DNA of 64,000 nucleotides from Gammaproteobacteria bacterium (GCA_965207705.1 OZ242292.1:1413913-1477912), one strand, 5' to 3'; counted from the stretch's first letter, positions 50,086 through 61,944 are shown. Translations and numbers: made by a program. Notes: generated by a model not told the origin, from the letters alone.

Positions 50086-51483
50086 ATGTTATCACTTTTT
50101 TTGAAGCGTCGTTTCACACCATTGTTTATTACACAATTCGGCGGAGCAATGAACGACAATATTTACAAAAATGCTTTTGCGGTTTTATTGGTATATAAGT
50201 TAGCTGCGGAGCATGGCTATGATGCCAAGATTTTGGTTACCATAACCCAAGCAATTTTTATTCTGCCTTATATTTTGTTTGCGGCAATTGCTGGCTCTAT
50301 GGGGGATATTTATGATAAGGCATTAATAATAAGATGGGTCAAAGCTCTTGAAATAGGTATAGTCCTGTTGGCGGTGCTGGCTTTTTATGCGCAGGATATT
50401 ACGTTGTTAATGGTTATAGTATTCTTGCTCTCAGTGCAATCAACCTTTTTTGGTCCCGTCAAGTATTCCATAATCCCCCATCATATTCCGCAACATCTGG
50501 TAAATGCCAATGCACTTATAACCGCTGGGACTTTCTTGGCTATCATCGGCGGAACCATCATAGGTGGCTACTTTGCCGCCACTCCCAATGGCATATTAAT
50601 AATTGACATAATCTTAGTGGTGGTTGCTATTGGCGGTTTCTTATCTGCCAGATTCATTCCAGCAGCGCCGCCGGTTAATCTGACAAGTCCAAACGCACAA
50701 GCCGTCTCTGGGGGTAAAAAAGGCAATAAAGGCAAAAAAAGCAATAAAGGCGAAGAACCCCTGCGGCTTTCACTGAATCCAATTACCACAAGTATAGAAT
50801 TAATTTCCTGCATTATGGGTAAACGGCGCGAACTCATCCCCTTATTGCTGGGTGTATCCTGGTTTTGGTTTTTGGGTTCAACATTGCTCACTCAGATACC
50901 AGTATTAACTGGTACCTACTTACGAGTTGAGGGTATATCAGTAAGCATGTTTATGGTGATGTTTGCTTGCGGAATTGGCTTAGGGGCGATATTGTGTTCC
51001 TTTCTGATGAAAGGAAAGGCAACCAGCAGATATGCCACAATGAGCTCTTTGTTAATGGGTATTATGCTGTTAGAGACAGTTTTTGCGGCGCGTGCGGCTG
51101 CCGCTTCATCTGTTGCATTATTGTCTTCTGGTGAAGAATATATTGCTTTGGGAGATTTCATAAGTGATTGGCGGGCTGTTCGTCTGTGTATTGACTTTAC
51201 TCTGGTAAGTATTCTTGGCGGCTTTTATGTTTTGCCTATCTTTGCTTTATTGCAAGAGAAAGCGCAACCGCAGGAAAGAGCGCGAGTTATTGCAACTAAC
51301 AACATAATGAACGCAACTTTTATGGTATCGGCGGCTTTATTAACTATATTGTTGTATTTGCTTGGCGGAGATTTATATCTATTATTTGAATGTTTGGCAG
51401 GAATATGCTTTGTGGTGTCAATATTATGGTGGGTTAGGGGCTTTAAAACTAAGAAAACCAAGCAGGCACTAATTACAAAATAG
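50086..51483 (+). CDS. MFS transporter, LplT/Aas-type
   Basis: TQFGGAMNDNIYKNA, FFGPVKYSI, SWFWFLG, RARVIATNNIMNA. Confidence 0.88.
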   Translation: MLSLFLKRRFTPLFITQFGGAMNDNIYKNAFAVLLVYKLAAEHGYDAKILVTITQAIFILPYILFAAIAGSMGDIYDKALIIRWVKALEIGIVLLAVLAFYAQDITLLMVIVFLLSVQSTFFGPVKYSIIPHHIPQHLVNANALITAGTFLAIIGGTIIGGYFAATPNGILIIDIILVVVAIGGFLSARFIPAAPPVNLTSPNAQAVSGGKKGNKGKKSNKGEEPLRLSLNPITTSIELISCIMGKRRELIPLLLGVSWFWFLGSTLLTQIPVLTGTYLRVEGISVSMFMVMFACGIGLGAILCSFLMKGKATSRYATMSSLLMGIMLLETVFAARAAAASSVALLSSGEEYIALGDFISDWRAVRLCIDFTLVSILGGFYVLPIFALLQEKAQPQERARVIATNNIMNATFMVSAALLTILLYLLGGDLYLLFECLAGICFVVSILWWVRGFKTKKTKQALITK

Positions 51484-51499
51484 GACGGACGTTATTCCT

Positions 51500-51544
51500 T
51501 TAATTAGAATAGCTTTGATTAAAATAGATTTAATTAGAATACCT
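51500..51544. repeat. Imperfect 15-bp tandem repeat x3 (ttaattagaatagct), intergenic
   Basis: ttaattagaatagct / ttgattaaaatagat / ttaattagaatacct. Confidence 0.75.
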
Positions 51545-51570
51545 GGGGCGGGAAAACAGGTGGTTTTTTT
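51541..51570 (+). terminator. Possible intrinsic terminator after the MFS gene
   Basis: Short acctg...caggt stem followed by ggttttttt. Confidence 0.4.
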
Positions 51571-51676
51571 GTAATTGACGCTATAGATGTTGTTTTTATT
51601 CTTATAATGCTCTTATAATATAGTCAATTGCTGAAAAGTGATTAGCTAACAATTTTTTAATAAGTTTTATATTTGA

Positions 51677-53065
<1,389 letters not shown>

Positions 53066-53087
53066 CTAAGAAAACAACTCAATAGCT

Positions 53088-53987
53088 ATGTCGCGGATTG
53101 ACAAAACTTTCGCCCGTTTAACGGCAGGCGATAGTGTCTCTGCGAGCAAAGGCGCGACTGAGAGTCAATCCCAACCCGCATCTAACGTTAGCCATAGCAC
53201 GCCTAATAATGCACTTAGAAGCGCGCTTGTATGTTTTGTAACTGCTGGCTACCCAGACATTGAAACAAGCCGTAATATCATCAATAACCTGCCTAAAAAC
53301 GGAGCAGATATAGTTGAGATAGGGATTCCATTTAGTGATGCTGCCGCAGATGGCGAGGAAATCAGAGAAGCATCTCGTTGCGCTTTAAACAATGGTGTAA
53401 ATCTTTCCACCATTTTAGATATGGCGCAAGATTTTCGCGCCAATAATCCTGATACTCCTTTAATTCTTATGGGATATTACAATCCTATTTTTCACTATGG
53501 GGTTGAACGATTTGTGAAAGCCGCAAGGCGAACCAAAATTGATGGCTTAATCATTGTGGATTTACCGCCCGAAGAAGAAGATGAGTTAGTATCTCATTTT
53601 AATACTGATGAAGATGACCCATGCTTGATACATCTAATTACCCCAACCACCGATGCCGCAAGATTAACTACTATAACCGCCAAAGCGCGCGGATTTTTGT
53701 ATTATGTTTCCATTACTGGGGTAACTGGCAGCAGTTCGCCTCAATTACAAAAGGTGCAACAGCATATCACTTCACTAAACCCTACGCTGCCAGTGGCAGT
53801 GGGCTTTGGAATTAAGAGTCCTGAACAGGCGAGTAAATTTGGCGAGATAGGGCAAGCAGTTGTGATAGGGTCTGCTTTAATTAAAACGTTGCGCGAATCT
53901 AAAGAAGCGGGAGAGGACTCTGTGAAGATGCAAAATAAGCTTATGCAGCAAGTGGGAGAATATGCTACGGCTCTTAAACAAGGATAG
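53088..53987 (+). CDS. trpA: Tryptophan synthase alpha subunit (divergent)
   Basis: [45 protein letters not shown]. Confidence 0.93.
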   Translation: MSRIDKTFARLTAGDSVSASKGATESQSQPASNVSHSTPNNALRSALVCFVTAGYPDIETSRNIINNLPKNGADIVEIGIPFSDAAADGEEIREASRCALNNGVNLSTILDMAQDFRANNPDTPLILMGYYNPIFHYGVERFVKAARRTKIDGLIIVDLPPEEEDELVSHFNTDEDDPCLIHLITPTTDAARLTTITAKARGFLYYVSITGVTGSSSPQLQKVQQHITSLNPTLPVAVGFGIKSPEQASKFGEIGQAVVIGSALIKTLRESKEAGEDSVKMQNKLMQQVGEYATALKQG

Positions 53988-53989
53988 AT

Positions 53990-56344
53990 ATGGCTAAAAG
54001 CAAACAAACCAGCGCACCGCTAGTTGTTCGCCCTATAGAACATGAGCCACTGGCGCAATATGTGGAGCGCGCATATCTCAACTATTCAATGTATGTCATT
54101 CTGGATCGCGCCTTGCCGCAATTGGCGGATGGTCTCAAACCAGTGCAGAGAAGAATTATTTATGCGATGTCTGAGTTGGGGCTCAGAAGTGGCGCCAAGT
54201 ATAAAAAGTCAGCGCGCACCATAGGCGATGTAATAGGAAAATTTCATCCACACGGCGATGTTGCTTGTTATGAAGCAATGGTGCTGATGGCGCAACCATT
54301 TGCCACTCGTTATTGTTTAGTGGACGGGCAGGGTAATTGGGGGTCAATGGATGATGCTAAATCATTTGCCGCAATGCGTTATACCGAAGCACGCCTCACC
54401 CCTTATGCGCAACTGCTATTATCTGAGCTTAATCGCGCTACTATGGAGTGGCAGCCCAACTTTGATGGCACGCTTGAAGAACCAGTGATTTTACCGGCGC
54501 GTGTCCCGAATATCCTGTTAAATGGCGCATCCGGTATAGCGGTGGGCATGACCACAGAAATACCTTCTCACAATCTTAGTGAAGTTATGAATGCCTGCTT
54601 GTTGCTATTAGACAAGCCAGACCTAAGCGAGTATATTGCCAAGAAAAAGAAGATGACAGAATCGGAGCTGAAAAGGGCGCGCCATAGAGCAATTAAGCAG
54701 ATTATTAAGAAAATACCTTCTCCTGACTTTGCCAGCGGAGGCAGCATTATAAGTTCGCAGGATGAACTCATCGCCGCATACACCTCAGGCAATGGAAATA
54801 TCAAGGTGCGCTGTAAATATGACATTAACGGCACTGATGCCGTAATTACGCAGCTCCCTCCACAAACCTCAACCATAAAGATTATTGAGCAGCTGCAGCA
54901 ACAGATACAAAATAAAAAATTGCCGATGGTTGCTGAGATTAGAGATGAGTCGGACAGTGAAACCCCTGTGCGCTTAGTGCTGGCAACTCGCAAGGGCACT
55001 GATAGGCAGCGTCTTATGGCGCATCTGTTTGCCACTACAGATTTAGAAAAGGGCGTCAGAATTAATTTAAACGTCATAGGAACAGATGGAAAACCAGCAA
55101 TATGGGCATTAAACGAACTGCTTTATAGCTGGCTTGAATTTCGTCGTTCTTGTGTTATACAACGACTTGAAAACCAACTATCTCAAGTAAATGAGCGGCT
55201 GCATATATTAGCTGGTCTTTTGATTGCCTATTTAGATTTAGATAAGGTTATTGCAATTATTCGTAATGAAGATGAGCCAAAACCAGTGCTTATCAAAAAA
55301 TTCTCACTAAGCGATAAACAAGCAGAAGCGATACTGGAGACGAAACTGCGTCATCTCGCCAAACTGGAAGAAGAGAAAATTAAAGGAGAAGAAGAAGAAC
55401 TCACGGATAAGAAATACTATTTGGAAAGCACTCTAAAATCTAAGCAAAAGATAACTGATTTTATCAAAAAAGAGTTTAACGAAATTAAACAAGAATATGG
55501 GGATGATAGACGCAGTGAAATTCACTCAGAAGACAAGGAGATTCCCGCCGCCGAAACCTTTAAGCATGAGCATATAGTAAGTCGCGAAGCAGCTACTTTG
55601 GTAGTTTCGCAAAAGGGTTGGGTGCGGCTTGCCAAAGGACATGATATAAGCCCGCGTGAATTTACCTACCGCGAAGGGGATGGGTTCCTTTGTAGCTCGG
55701 AAGGGGATAATAATTTATTTGCAATTTTTATGGATAGCCATGGGCGCGCCTATAGTTTGTCAGCGTATGACCTTCCCTCAGCGCGCGGCTTGGGCGAGCC
55801 ACTAACTAGCCGTCTGGATATAGCCGATGGCGCTCAGATACAAGCGGGGGTTCTGATTACTCCTAAAGAAGAACTATTGTTAATTGCGGGCGATGGTAAT
55901 GGGTTTATAGTTAATGAAGAAGATTTACTCGCAGTTAATAGAAAGCGTGGTAAGCAGATTATGAACATAAAAAGCGGCGCTGGAATGATTCAGCCAGTTA
56001 AGGTGATTGAAGGGATGCAAAAAGTTGCTTGTTTAACAGAGAATAACCGCTTATTAATTTTACCGGCAGAGGATATTCCGCGCATGGGACGAGGAAAGGG
56101 TGTCAGGTTAATTAATCCAGCTTATCCCAAGGATAGAGTTAAGCAGGCGGTGATAATCAAAAAAGGGGATGCGTTGGCAATTAATGATGCAGGCAAACAA
56201 GTGGCTTTATTGATGTCTGCTGACATGGGTAAGTATCGTGCCAAAAGGGGAGCGAAGGGTAAGCTACTTGGCAAGGGCTTTAGCGAGCGGGTAGAGATAA
56301 CACCTGTTTCTTCAGTTTCTGAAACCAATAAAGAAGCTAAATGA
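53990..56344 (+). CDS. parC: DNA topoisomerase IV subunit A
   Basis: [51 protein letters not shown]. Confidence 0.97.
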   Translation: MAKSKQTSAPLVVRPIEHEPLAQYVERAYLNYSMYVILDRALPQLADGLKPVQRRIIYAMSELGLRSGAKYKKSARTIGDVIGKFHPHGDVACYEAMVLMAQPFATRYCLVDGQGNWGSMDDAKSFAAMRYTEARLTPYAQLLLSELNRATMEWQPNFDGTLEEPVILPARVPNILLNGASGIAVGMTTEIPSHNLSEVMNACLLLLDKPDLSEYIAKKKKMTESELKRARHRAIKQIIKKIPSPDFASGGSIISSQDELIAAYTSGNGNIKVRCKYDINGTDAVITQLPPQTSTIKIIEQLQQQIQNKKLPMVAEIRDESDSETPVRLVLATRKGTDRQRLMAHLFATTDLEKGVRINLNVIGTDGKPAIWALNELLYSWLEFRRSCVIQRLENQLSQVNERLHILAGLLIAYLDLDKVIAIIRNEDEPKPVLIKKFSLSDKQAEAILETKLRHLAKLEEEKIKGEEEELTDKKYYLESTLKSKQKITDFIKKEFNEIKQEYGDDRRSEIHSEDKEIPAAETFKHEHIVSREAATLVVSQKGWVRLAKGHDISPREFTYREGDGFLCSSEGDNNLFAIFMDSHGRAYSLSAYDLPSARGLGEPLTSRLDIADGAQIQAGVLITPKEELLLIAGDGNGFIVNEEDLLAVNRKRGKQIMNIKSGAGMIQPVKVIEGMQKVACLTENNRLLILPAEDIPRMGRGKGVRLINPAYPKDRVKQAVIIKKGDALAINDAGKQVALLMSADMGKYRAKRGAKGKLLGKGFSERVEITPVSSVSETNKEAK

Positions 56345-57637
56345 TGACTCTTGGAAGCGGTTATTGCTGCCATAGAATATTCCCAAAGCTGGGATACTAA
56401 TTTGGCGCGGATATATGTATGAGGCAATGCCCCAGGCGGCATAGTCAAAGTTGTCGTCCGCTACGTTAGGGACATCCCATAAGTAACCATAATCAACAAA
56501 AGGACTAATAGTCCAAAAGATGGATCTTGTGCCAACAATAGGAATTTGATATTCAGCCCCTATAGTTGTGTATTGCCGCGCCCAACCGCCGCCGCTTGAA
56601 ATGCCGCGCGACCCTGCCTCATTGCCAATTTTAAAACTATCATAAGCATTGCTGCTATCTTGGCTAGCACCGTCTAAACTCAACTGGAATACATTCTTGC
56701 CATAAGAGGGCAACCCCCAATAGATGCTTGTAGCAAAAAAGCTATTACGAATTTTGCCGTCATCAGAATTAAAATCTCCAGCGATTGATTGTGAGATTTG
56801 AAAGCCCTTTTGATAATAGTATTCAGCGTTTAAATTACTCCATTCGTAGTTTATCTCAAGTGATTGTGAGTCAATTTTTACTAATTCATCTGCCAGTTGA
56901 GTTCCACTGCGCAATTCATTGCTATCAGATTCAAAATTATTTATTGTATAGGAATAAGACATACTAAATTCAGGAGTGATGTATTGCCTTAATCTTAAAG
57001 AGAAACTATTAGATTTTTCATTGCTACGATAAATCCAATCATCCGCATCAAACTGATAATTGGTTATATCATTGCTACTTGTGGATATGAACAAGCCATA
57101 ATCTCCTTGCGCATCCACATAAGGAATACCATAGAAAAACGCATAGCTATCTCTTTGCTCGCTTATTTGCCGTCTAAACGAGCTACCAAAAATATTGCCA
57201 GTGCCGCCTATGTTGGAATCAAAAATGAATGCGCCCCAAGCGGCTTCATTTGGCTCCTCCCCACTTTGGTAACTGGGAATTCCCAGAAAGCTCCATTTAT
57301 CTTTTACGCGAATAGATACTTCTGTTGTTGATAATCTTTGCACTGTCACTTCGCTAAACAGCCCTTGATTTGTCAGGCATTGCTCTAATTGAGCTTCCCC
57401 TGTTGGCAATGAGGGAAATCTTCCACGTTCAATGTCTTTATAGCAGATACGTACTAGTTTCTTTATATAAGATGTTTTGGTGCGTTTATTGCCGCTAATT
57501 TGTAGTTGGTCTGTAGTGGATTCTTGCGCCTGGCTGAACGAACTCCAGCATAAGATGATTGAGCAGCAGATTAATTTTTGAGTTATGACTCTGTTTAATA
57601 ATAGCATTCTTTGAGTTTTAAAAAATATTCTATACAC
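56312..57637 (-). CDS. Omp85/BamA-TamA-like outer-membrane protein with a single POTRA-like domain (true start may be ATG 57607)
   Basis: Signal peptide (...SFSQA), [13 protein letters not shown] start, GLFSEV, VKDKW, NIGGTG, aromatic-rich beta strands, SRG loop, PFVDYG. Confidence 0.72.
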   Translation of the reverse strand: MYRIFFKTQRMLLLNRVITQKLICCSIILCWSSFSQAQESTTDQLQISGNKRTKTSYIKKLVRICYKDIERGRFPSLPTGEAQLEQCLTNQGLFSEVTVQRLSTTEVSIRVKDKWSFLGIPSYQSGEEPNEAAWGAFIFDSNIGGTGNIFGSSFRRQISEQRDSYAFFYGIPYVDAQGDYGLFISTSSNDITNYQFDADDWIYRSNEKSNSFSLRLRQYITPEFSMSYSYTINNFESDSNELRSGTQLADELVKIDSQSLEINYEWSNLNAEYYYQKGFQISQSIAGDFNSDDGKIRNSFFATSIYWGLPSYGKNVFQLSLDGASQDSSNAYDSFKIGNEAGSRGISSGGGWARQYTTIGAEYQIPIVGTRSIFWTISPFVDYGYLWDVPNVADDNFDYAAWGIASYIYPRQISIPALGIFYGSNNRFQESSFSFFIGFRN

Positions 57638-57699
57638 TTAATGTACCCCCTAATAATATATTTCCCCCCTTTAGTATATCCCCTCATTGATGTGTCCTC

Positions 57700-58254
57700 T
57701 TAGGCGCCCCAAGTCATCCGTTTAAGAACATTATCTTTAACTATGAAATGGTGATAAAGAGCAGCGAGCAGATGCAATATAATAAAAATCTTTAACCCAG
57801 TGGGGATTACTTCATAATGTATAGTTTTGATTACCTCTACCGCCAAACCATCGGATAATGTAAGTGGAGGAATTCTGAATATATTAAAAAAAGGAACGGC
57901 TCTGCCATCAAGCAATTTGCCAAGCATGCCGCTTATAGGTTGCATTAATACCGCAATGTATAGTATCCAATGACTAATAGTGGACAACTTGCGCATCCAG
58001 GGAGGAGTCGTTGGCTCATGCTCTGGTTTCTTGTTGAAGAAAACCCATATTAAACGCAAGCACACCAGCATAAAAACTGTTATCCCAAGGGACTGATGCA
58101 ACCATACAAAGAAACGGCGCGTCTCGTCTCCTCTTGGTAAGTCGTGAGTAATTTCATGGTCAAGTAGCAGATATACAACAAGCACAAACATCACCCAATG
58201 AAAGATTTTGCTTATCAGCCCATAGCGCTCTACTGAGTTTTTAATTTGAATCAT
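57700..58254 (-). CDS. Cytochrome b561 (CybB/YceJ family)
   Basis: RYGLISKIFHW, HQSLG, SHWILY, PISG, LHLLAALYHHF, DNVLKRM. Confidence 0.93.
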   Translation of the reverse strand: MIQIKNSVERYGLISKIFHWVMFVLVVYLLLDHEITHDLPRGDETRRFFVWLHQSLGITVFMLVCLRLIWVFFNKKPEHEPTTPPWMRKLSTISHWILYIAVLMQPISGMLGKLLDGRAVPFFNIFRIPPLTLSDGLAVEVIKTIHYEVIPTGLKIFIILHLLAALYHHFIVKDNVLKRMTWGA

Positions 58255-58289
58255 AATTAAAGTATAAGTGAAATATAAATAAAGTAATC

Positions 58290-59117
58290 TTATGCCTCCA
58301 CACAGGGTGCTGGACTAAGGACGTTAATTGTAGCAGGATTAATCTGAAAAATATAATGATTATTTACTGCTGATAACTTTCCTTCCACCTCTATTAGGTC
58401 CAACATATAGGGAAGAATATGTTCAATGTTTGCTTCCTCTTCCATAACTGTAGTTAGGACGACGCGGTTAAGAGTCGTTGCTTGCGGCACAAATATCGGC
58501 GGAATTCCACCCCTTACGCATAAAGATGCGCAGGATTTATGAGTCATGCCCATAGACGGTCTCATTACTCCAAAATGGCATTTACTATCTATAATTCTTC
58601 CTCTTAGCTTATGAGTTCCCAGTTCCTTTACTTTGGTGGTAGCAATATTTATGTTTTTACGCAAGGTAGACACTTCTGATAGCGCTTCAAATAAATAGTT
58701 ATACCTAACGTCATGACGGGTAAGTAGTTTACCGCTGACATTTACATATTTTTCATCTAACTCATTAACCAATTGATGAGCGCCATGTTTGCCCTGTTTC
58801 ACCAAGAAAACCGTATCATAGCCACTGGGGGAGTAATGATTAGGCACCAATAGATAAGGGTATGGTTCTTTTACTAATTGACCGCGTAATGATATAGCTC
58901 TTGCTCCCCAGGTTGCCGCCTCAGGTTTTTTCTGCCTGGCAGCTATAAGTCCGCCAAATCCACCTATTGCCGCAATTAACAATGGTATTGTCGCCAATAG
59001 TAAACGACGTTCGCGGTTTGGCATTTTCTGGTAGCCAATAAAAAAATTATCCTTTTCCTTCGGTGCCTTCTGTTTTTCCTGTTTCTTCCCTTTAGCGTTC
59101 ATCTTCGTCTGACCCAT
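58290..59117 (-). CDS. Uncharacterised membrane-anchored protein with Cys/His motif
   Basis: Basic N-terminus, FFIGY, one TM, KQGKHG, DSKCHFGVMRP...HKSCASLCVRGGIPP. Confidence 0.8.
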   Translation of the reverse strand: MGQTKMNAKGKKQEKQKAPKEKDNFFIGYQKMPNRERRLLLATIPLLIAAIGGFGGLIAARQKKPEAATWGARAISLRGQLVKEPYPYLLVPNHYSPSGYDTVFLVKQGKHGAHQLVNELDEKYVNVSGKLLTRHDVRYNYLFEALSEVSTLRKNINIATTKVKELGTHKLRGRIIDSKCHFGVMRPSMGMTHKSCASLCVRGGIPPIFVPQATTLNRVVLTTVMEEEANIEHILPYMLDLIEVEGKLSAVNNHYIFQINPATINVLSPAPCVEA

Positions 59118-59135
59118 CTGATTATTTTATGCTAC

Positions 59136-60179
59136 TTATTTTATTATAGCCGCTTTGGTTTTCTTACCCGCTGCATTAGGAGTTTGATTAATCTGCACAA
59201 TTCCATTTTTAATCCGCACATTATAGGTGGGTATTTTCTCAGTAAAAGGGGCTGGCGACCTGCCGTTTTCTGGCATATATTCATAGCCATGCCAAGGGCA
59301 TACTATGCGTCCATTGACTACCATTCCTTCACACAGTGGACCATTTTGATGAGCACAAGCGTTGGCGACTGCAACTATGCGGTCCTTATCATAGCGGAAT
59401 ACTGCTATCTTATCTCCCTTACTTAGAGTAAAACCCTTAGCGCGGTTATTCTCTATACTTCTAGCTGGGCACAAAGAAACCCATTCCTCTGTTGATGTGG
59501 TGCGTTTGTCGGCGAGCAGCTCCTTAATTGCCACTAATATATGTAGTCCCGCTAAGGCGCTTGCCGCGGCGCCAAGAACATAAATATTATTCATATCCCC
59601 TTCTGTTTGTATGAAGCCGAATAAGACGTGAGCGATTAAGAAAGAATAAGCAAAATATACGCCTATATGCAGTAGTTTCCATAACGGGGCAGTAAAGAAC
59701 TTAAGCCAAAAATCATGGCTGGTAAGAGCCATTATCAGCAAAATAGCGTAAGCTGCCAGTCCATATATTTCAAAAGGAAAGCGGCTCATGTCTGCATAAT
59801 TAGGGTTGCTGGTAATAAGAGAAGCGAATGGGGGAATAACCCCATAGCCGTGATACCAAACGATGGCAAGCGATAGATGCCCGCTAGCTACTAATATCAT
59901 ACTTACCCCCAGATGGCGGCGATTATATAGTAGCGGCTTGAATACAGATGATAGACGCGCCAATGGACCTATGAATAAAATAATATGCAGCATTATGAAA
60001 GCGCAGGTCCCGAGAGCTCTGATAAGCAGAGTTGTCTGGCTTATGTCGCGTGGTTGGGGATGCATAAAGTAGGATACCGCCATATAAGTGGCTACATATC
60101 CAATAACCCCAATAATTATGAATACATCATAAGTAATTTTGAGTTTATTCCATTGGATTGCTTGATAGTCGGCGCTCAT
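59136..60179 (-). CDS. Ferric-reductase-like (MsrQ/YedZ-type) heme-b membrane domain fused to a C-terminal Rieske [2Fe-2S] domain
   Basis: About 6 TM with IGPLAR, NRRHLG, ALTSHD, WKLLH, AH; C-terminal CAHQNGPL...CPWHG. Confidence 0.92.
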   Translation of the reverse strand: MSADYQAIQWNKLKITYDVFIIIGVIGYVATYMAVSYFMHPQPRDISQTTLLIRALGTCAFIMLHIILFIGPLARLSSVFKPLLYNRRHLGVSMILVASGHLSLAIVWYHGYGVIPPFASLITSNPNYADMSRFPFEIYGLAAYAILLIMALTSHDFWLKFFTAPLWKLLHIGVYFAYSFLIAHVLFGFIQTEGDMNNIYVLGAAASALAGLHILVAIKELLADKRTTSTEEWVSLCPARSIENNRAKGFTLSKGDKIAVFRYDKDRIVAVANACAHQNGPLCEGMVVNGRIVCPWHGYEYMPENGRSPAPFTEKIPTYNVRIKNGIVQINQTPNAAGKKTKAAIIK

Positions 60180-60373
60180 TGTACTTGTTCCTCTGCTTCT
60201 TTTTTAGGGTTGAAATCTTCCTCCCATTGTTCAAATAATTCGCTTTGTTGGCTCAGGTTTGCTTGCTGTTGTTGGTTCAGTACCAGAGTGCGGGCAAGCA
60301 CAAAAGCTACGGCAAGAGACGCCAGTAAAACAATCCATATAAAAAAATGCAGTTTCCTATGCCAGTTCTTCAT
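60176..60373 (-). CDS. Small single-TM hypothetical protein
   Basis: 65 aa; HRKLH followed by a TM; 4-bp overlaps with both neighbours. Confidence 0.7.
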   Translation of the reverse strand: MKNWHRKLHFFIWIVLLASLAVAFVLARTLVLNQQQQANLSQQSELFEQWEEDFNPKKEAEEQVQ

Positions 60374-60675
60374 TGAGTTTTACTATGCTTCATTACTTTT
60401 GTGTTTGCTTTTTGTTTTTCTTTCTTTTTGGCGATTAAATATTTACGTATTATGAGGGAAACCTTGCCAATCGTAATTGGCATAATTAGGGGCCAGAGTA
60501 GCATAGCCGCTGGTAGAATCATTATCCTAAAACCGGAACTACCACCACGCGCATGAATGTCCATAAGGTTAACTAAGAATGTTATAAACACCAAAGCAAA
60601 CAATAGCCCGAAGCCCGCATAAGAGGCAGCCACGAGTAAAGGTAACGGATAAGCAGCTAAAATTTCTTGTATCAC
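60370..60675 (-). CDS. Small two-TM hypothetical protein
   Basis: 101 aa, GTG start; YAGFGLLFA...D..A.G...GFR...P...LWP pattern; first gene of the coupled operon. Confidence 0.72.
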   Translation of the reverse strand: MIQEILAAYPLPLLVAASYAGFGLLFALVFITFLVNLMDIHARGGSSGFRIMILPAAMLLWPLIMPITIGKVSLIIRKYLIAKKKEKQKANTKVMKHSKTQ

Positions 60676-60839
60676 AATTAGTAGTATTATAAAGAAAGAT
60701 ACTATCTAATCCTACAATGTTATATAGAAAAATCTGCGGCAGCATAGATAACCCCAGATAATCATTGCAGGGAATATCTGTTTCTTAATCTGTTATTAAA
60801 GTTCTAATTTTTTAGTCATTAAACCCGTAAAATAAGAGT

Positions 60840-61421
60840 ATGCTTATGACACGTTTGGTAATACTTGACCGAGATGGGGTGATAAATAGCGATGATAAGG
60901 GCTATGTGAAGTCGCCTGATGAATGGCAGCCGATTCCTGGCAGTTTGGAAGCAATTGCGGCAATGCAAGTCAGCGGACTAAAGCTAGCGGTTGCCACCAA
61001 TCAAAGTGGCATTGCCAGGAATTTCTACACCGAGCAAGATTTAATGGCAATTCACAATAAAATGGAACAGCTGTTAGAACAGTTAGGGGCAAAAATTGAC
61101 GTAATAGCTTTTTGTCCTCATGGTCCTGATGATGGCTGCGCGTGCCGCAAGCCAAAGCCAGGAATGCTGCGTCAGATAAGCCGTGACTTGGGAATTGCCG
61201 CAAACGAAAGTATTTTTATTGGAGATTCACTTAAGGATATTGAAGCCGCGATAGCGCATGGTTGTAGTCCAATATTGGTGCAGACAGGTAACGGGTTACG
61301 CACTGCAGAATTACTTAAACAACAGCAGCTTAAAGTAGAAATATTTGCCGATTTGGCGAGTGCGAGTGAGCATATTTTATCAGATATTAATAAATCGGGA
61401 AATGAAAATGAACATGAATAA
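60840..61421 (+). CDS. gmhB: D-glycero-D-manno-heptose 1,7-bisphosphate phosphatase
   Basis: LDRDGVIN, TNQSGIAR, CPH...CACRKPKPGM, IGDS. Confidence 0.95.
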   Translation: MLMTRLVILDRDGVINSDDKGYVKSPDEWQPIPGSLEAIAAMQVSGLKLAVATNQSGIARNFYTEQDLMAIHNKMEQLLEQLGAKIDVIAFCPHGPDDGCACRKPKPGMLRQISRDLGIAANESIFIGDSLKDIEAAIAHGCSPILVQTGNGLRTAELLKQQQLKVEIFADLASASEHILSDINKSGNENEHE

Positions 61422-61944
61422 ACATAATCTTACGCCTTCTAATGGACTGCCTAATATACGTATCGGGCAGGGCTATGACCTGCATGCTTTAGTTGCTGGG
61501 GATGGGATATGGTTGGGGGGAATATTAGTTCCCTGCGATAAAAAAACTTTGGCTCACTCGGATGGCGATGTTCTGCTGCATGCTATTTGTGATGCATTAT
61601 TAGGAGCATGCAACATAAAAGGAGCAGAAGACATAGGAGCTATGTTTCCTGATACAGACGATAACTGGAAGGACGTCGCAAGTTCGGTATTGATTAAGCG
61701 ATGCATGGAAGTGTTGCAAGCAAATAACTATCAAGTGGTGAATATTGACAGCACCATTGTGCTGGAAAGACCACTGCTTGCCGATTATAAACCGCAGATG
61801 CGTAATAATATTGCTCAGCTGCTTGGCATTGATGAAGATGCCGTTAGCATAAAGGCTACGCGTGGGGAAGGACTGGATGCGATTGGTAGAGGCGAAGCGC
61901 TGGCAGTCCATTGTGTATGTCTTATACATAAGCATAAGGTATAA
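61414..61944 (+). CDS. ispF: 2-C-methyl-D-erythritol 2,4-cyclodiphosphate synthase (start probably ATG 61414, not 61345)
   Basis: RIGQGYDLH, HSDGDVLLHA, DALLGA, DIG..FPD, SIKAT. Confidence 0.96.
   Translation: MNKHNLTPSNGLPNIRIGQGYDLHALVAGDGIWLGGILVPCDKKTLAHSDGDVLLHAICDALLGACNIKGAEDIGAMFPDTDDNWKDVASSVLIKRCMEVLQANNYQVVNIDSTIVLERPLLADYKPQMRNNIAQLLGIDEDAVSIKATRGEGLDAIGRGEALAVHCVCLIHKHKV

Noticed and set aside
54568-55077. 169-aa antisense ORF in parC, and the many other 60-160 aa ORFs nested in or opposite core genes
   Set aside because: They overlap well-supported genes entirely and show no recognisable motifs.
61345-61413. Long N-terminal extension of IspF
   Set aside because: It comes from a TTG inside gmhB; ATG 61414, which overlaps the gmhB stop, gives a normal-sized protein.
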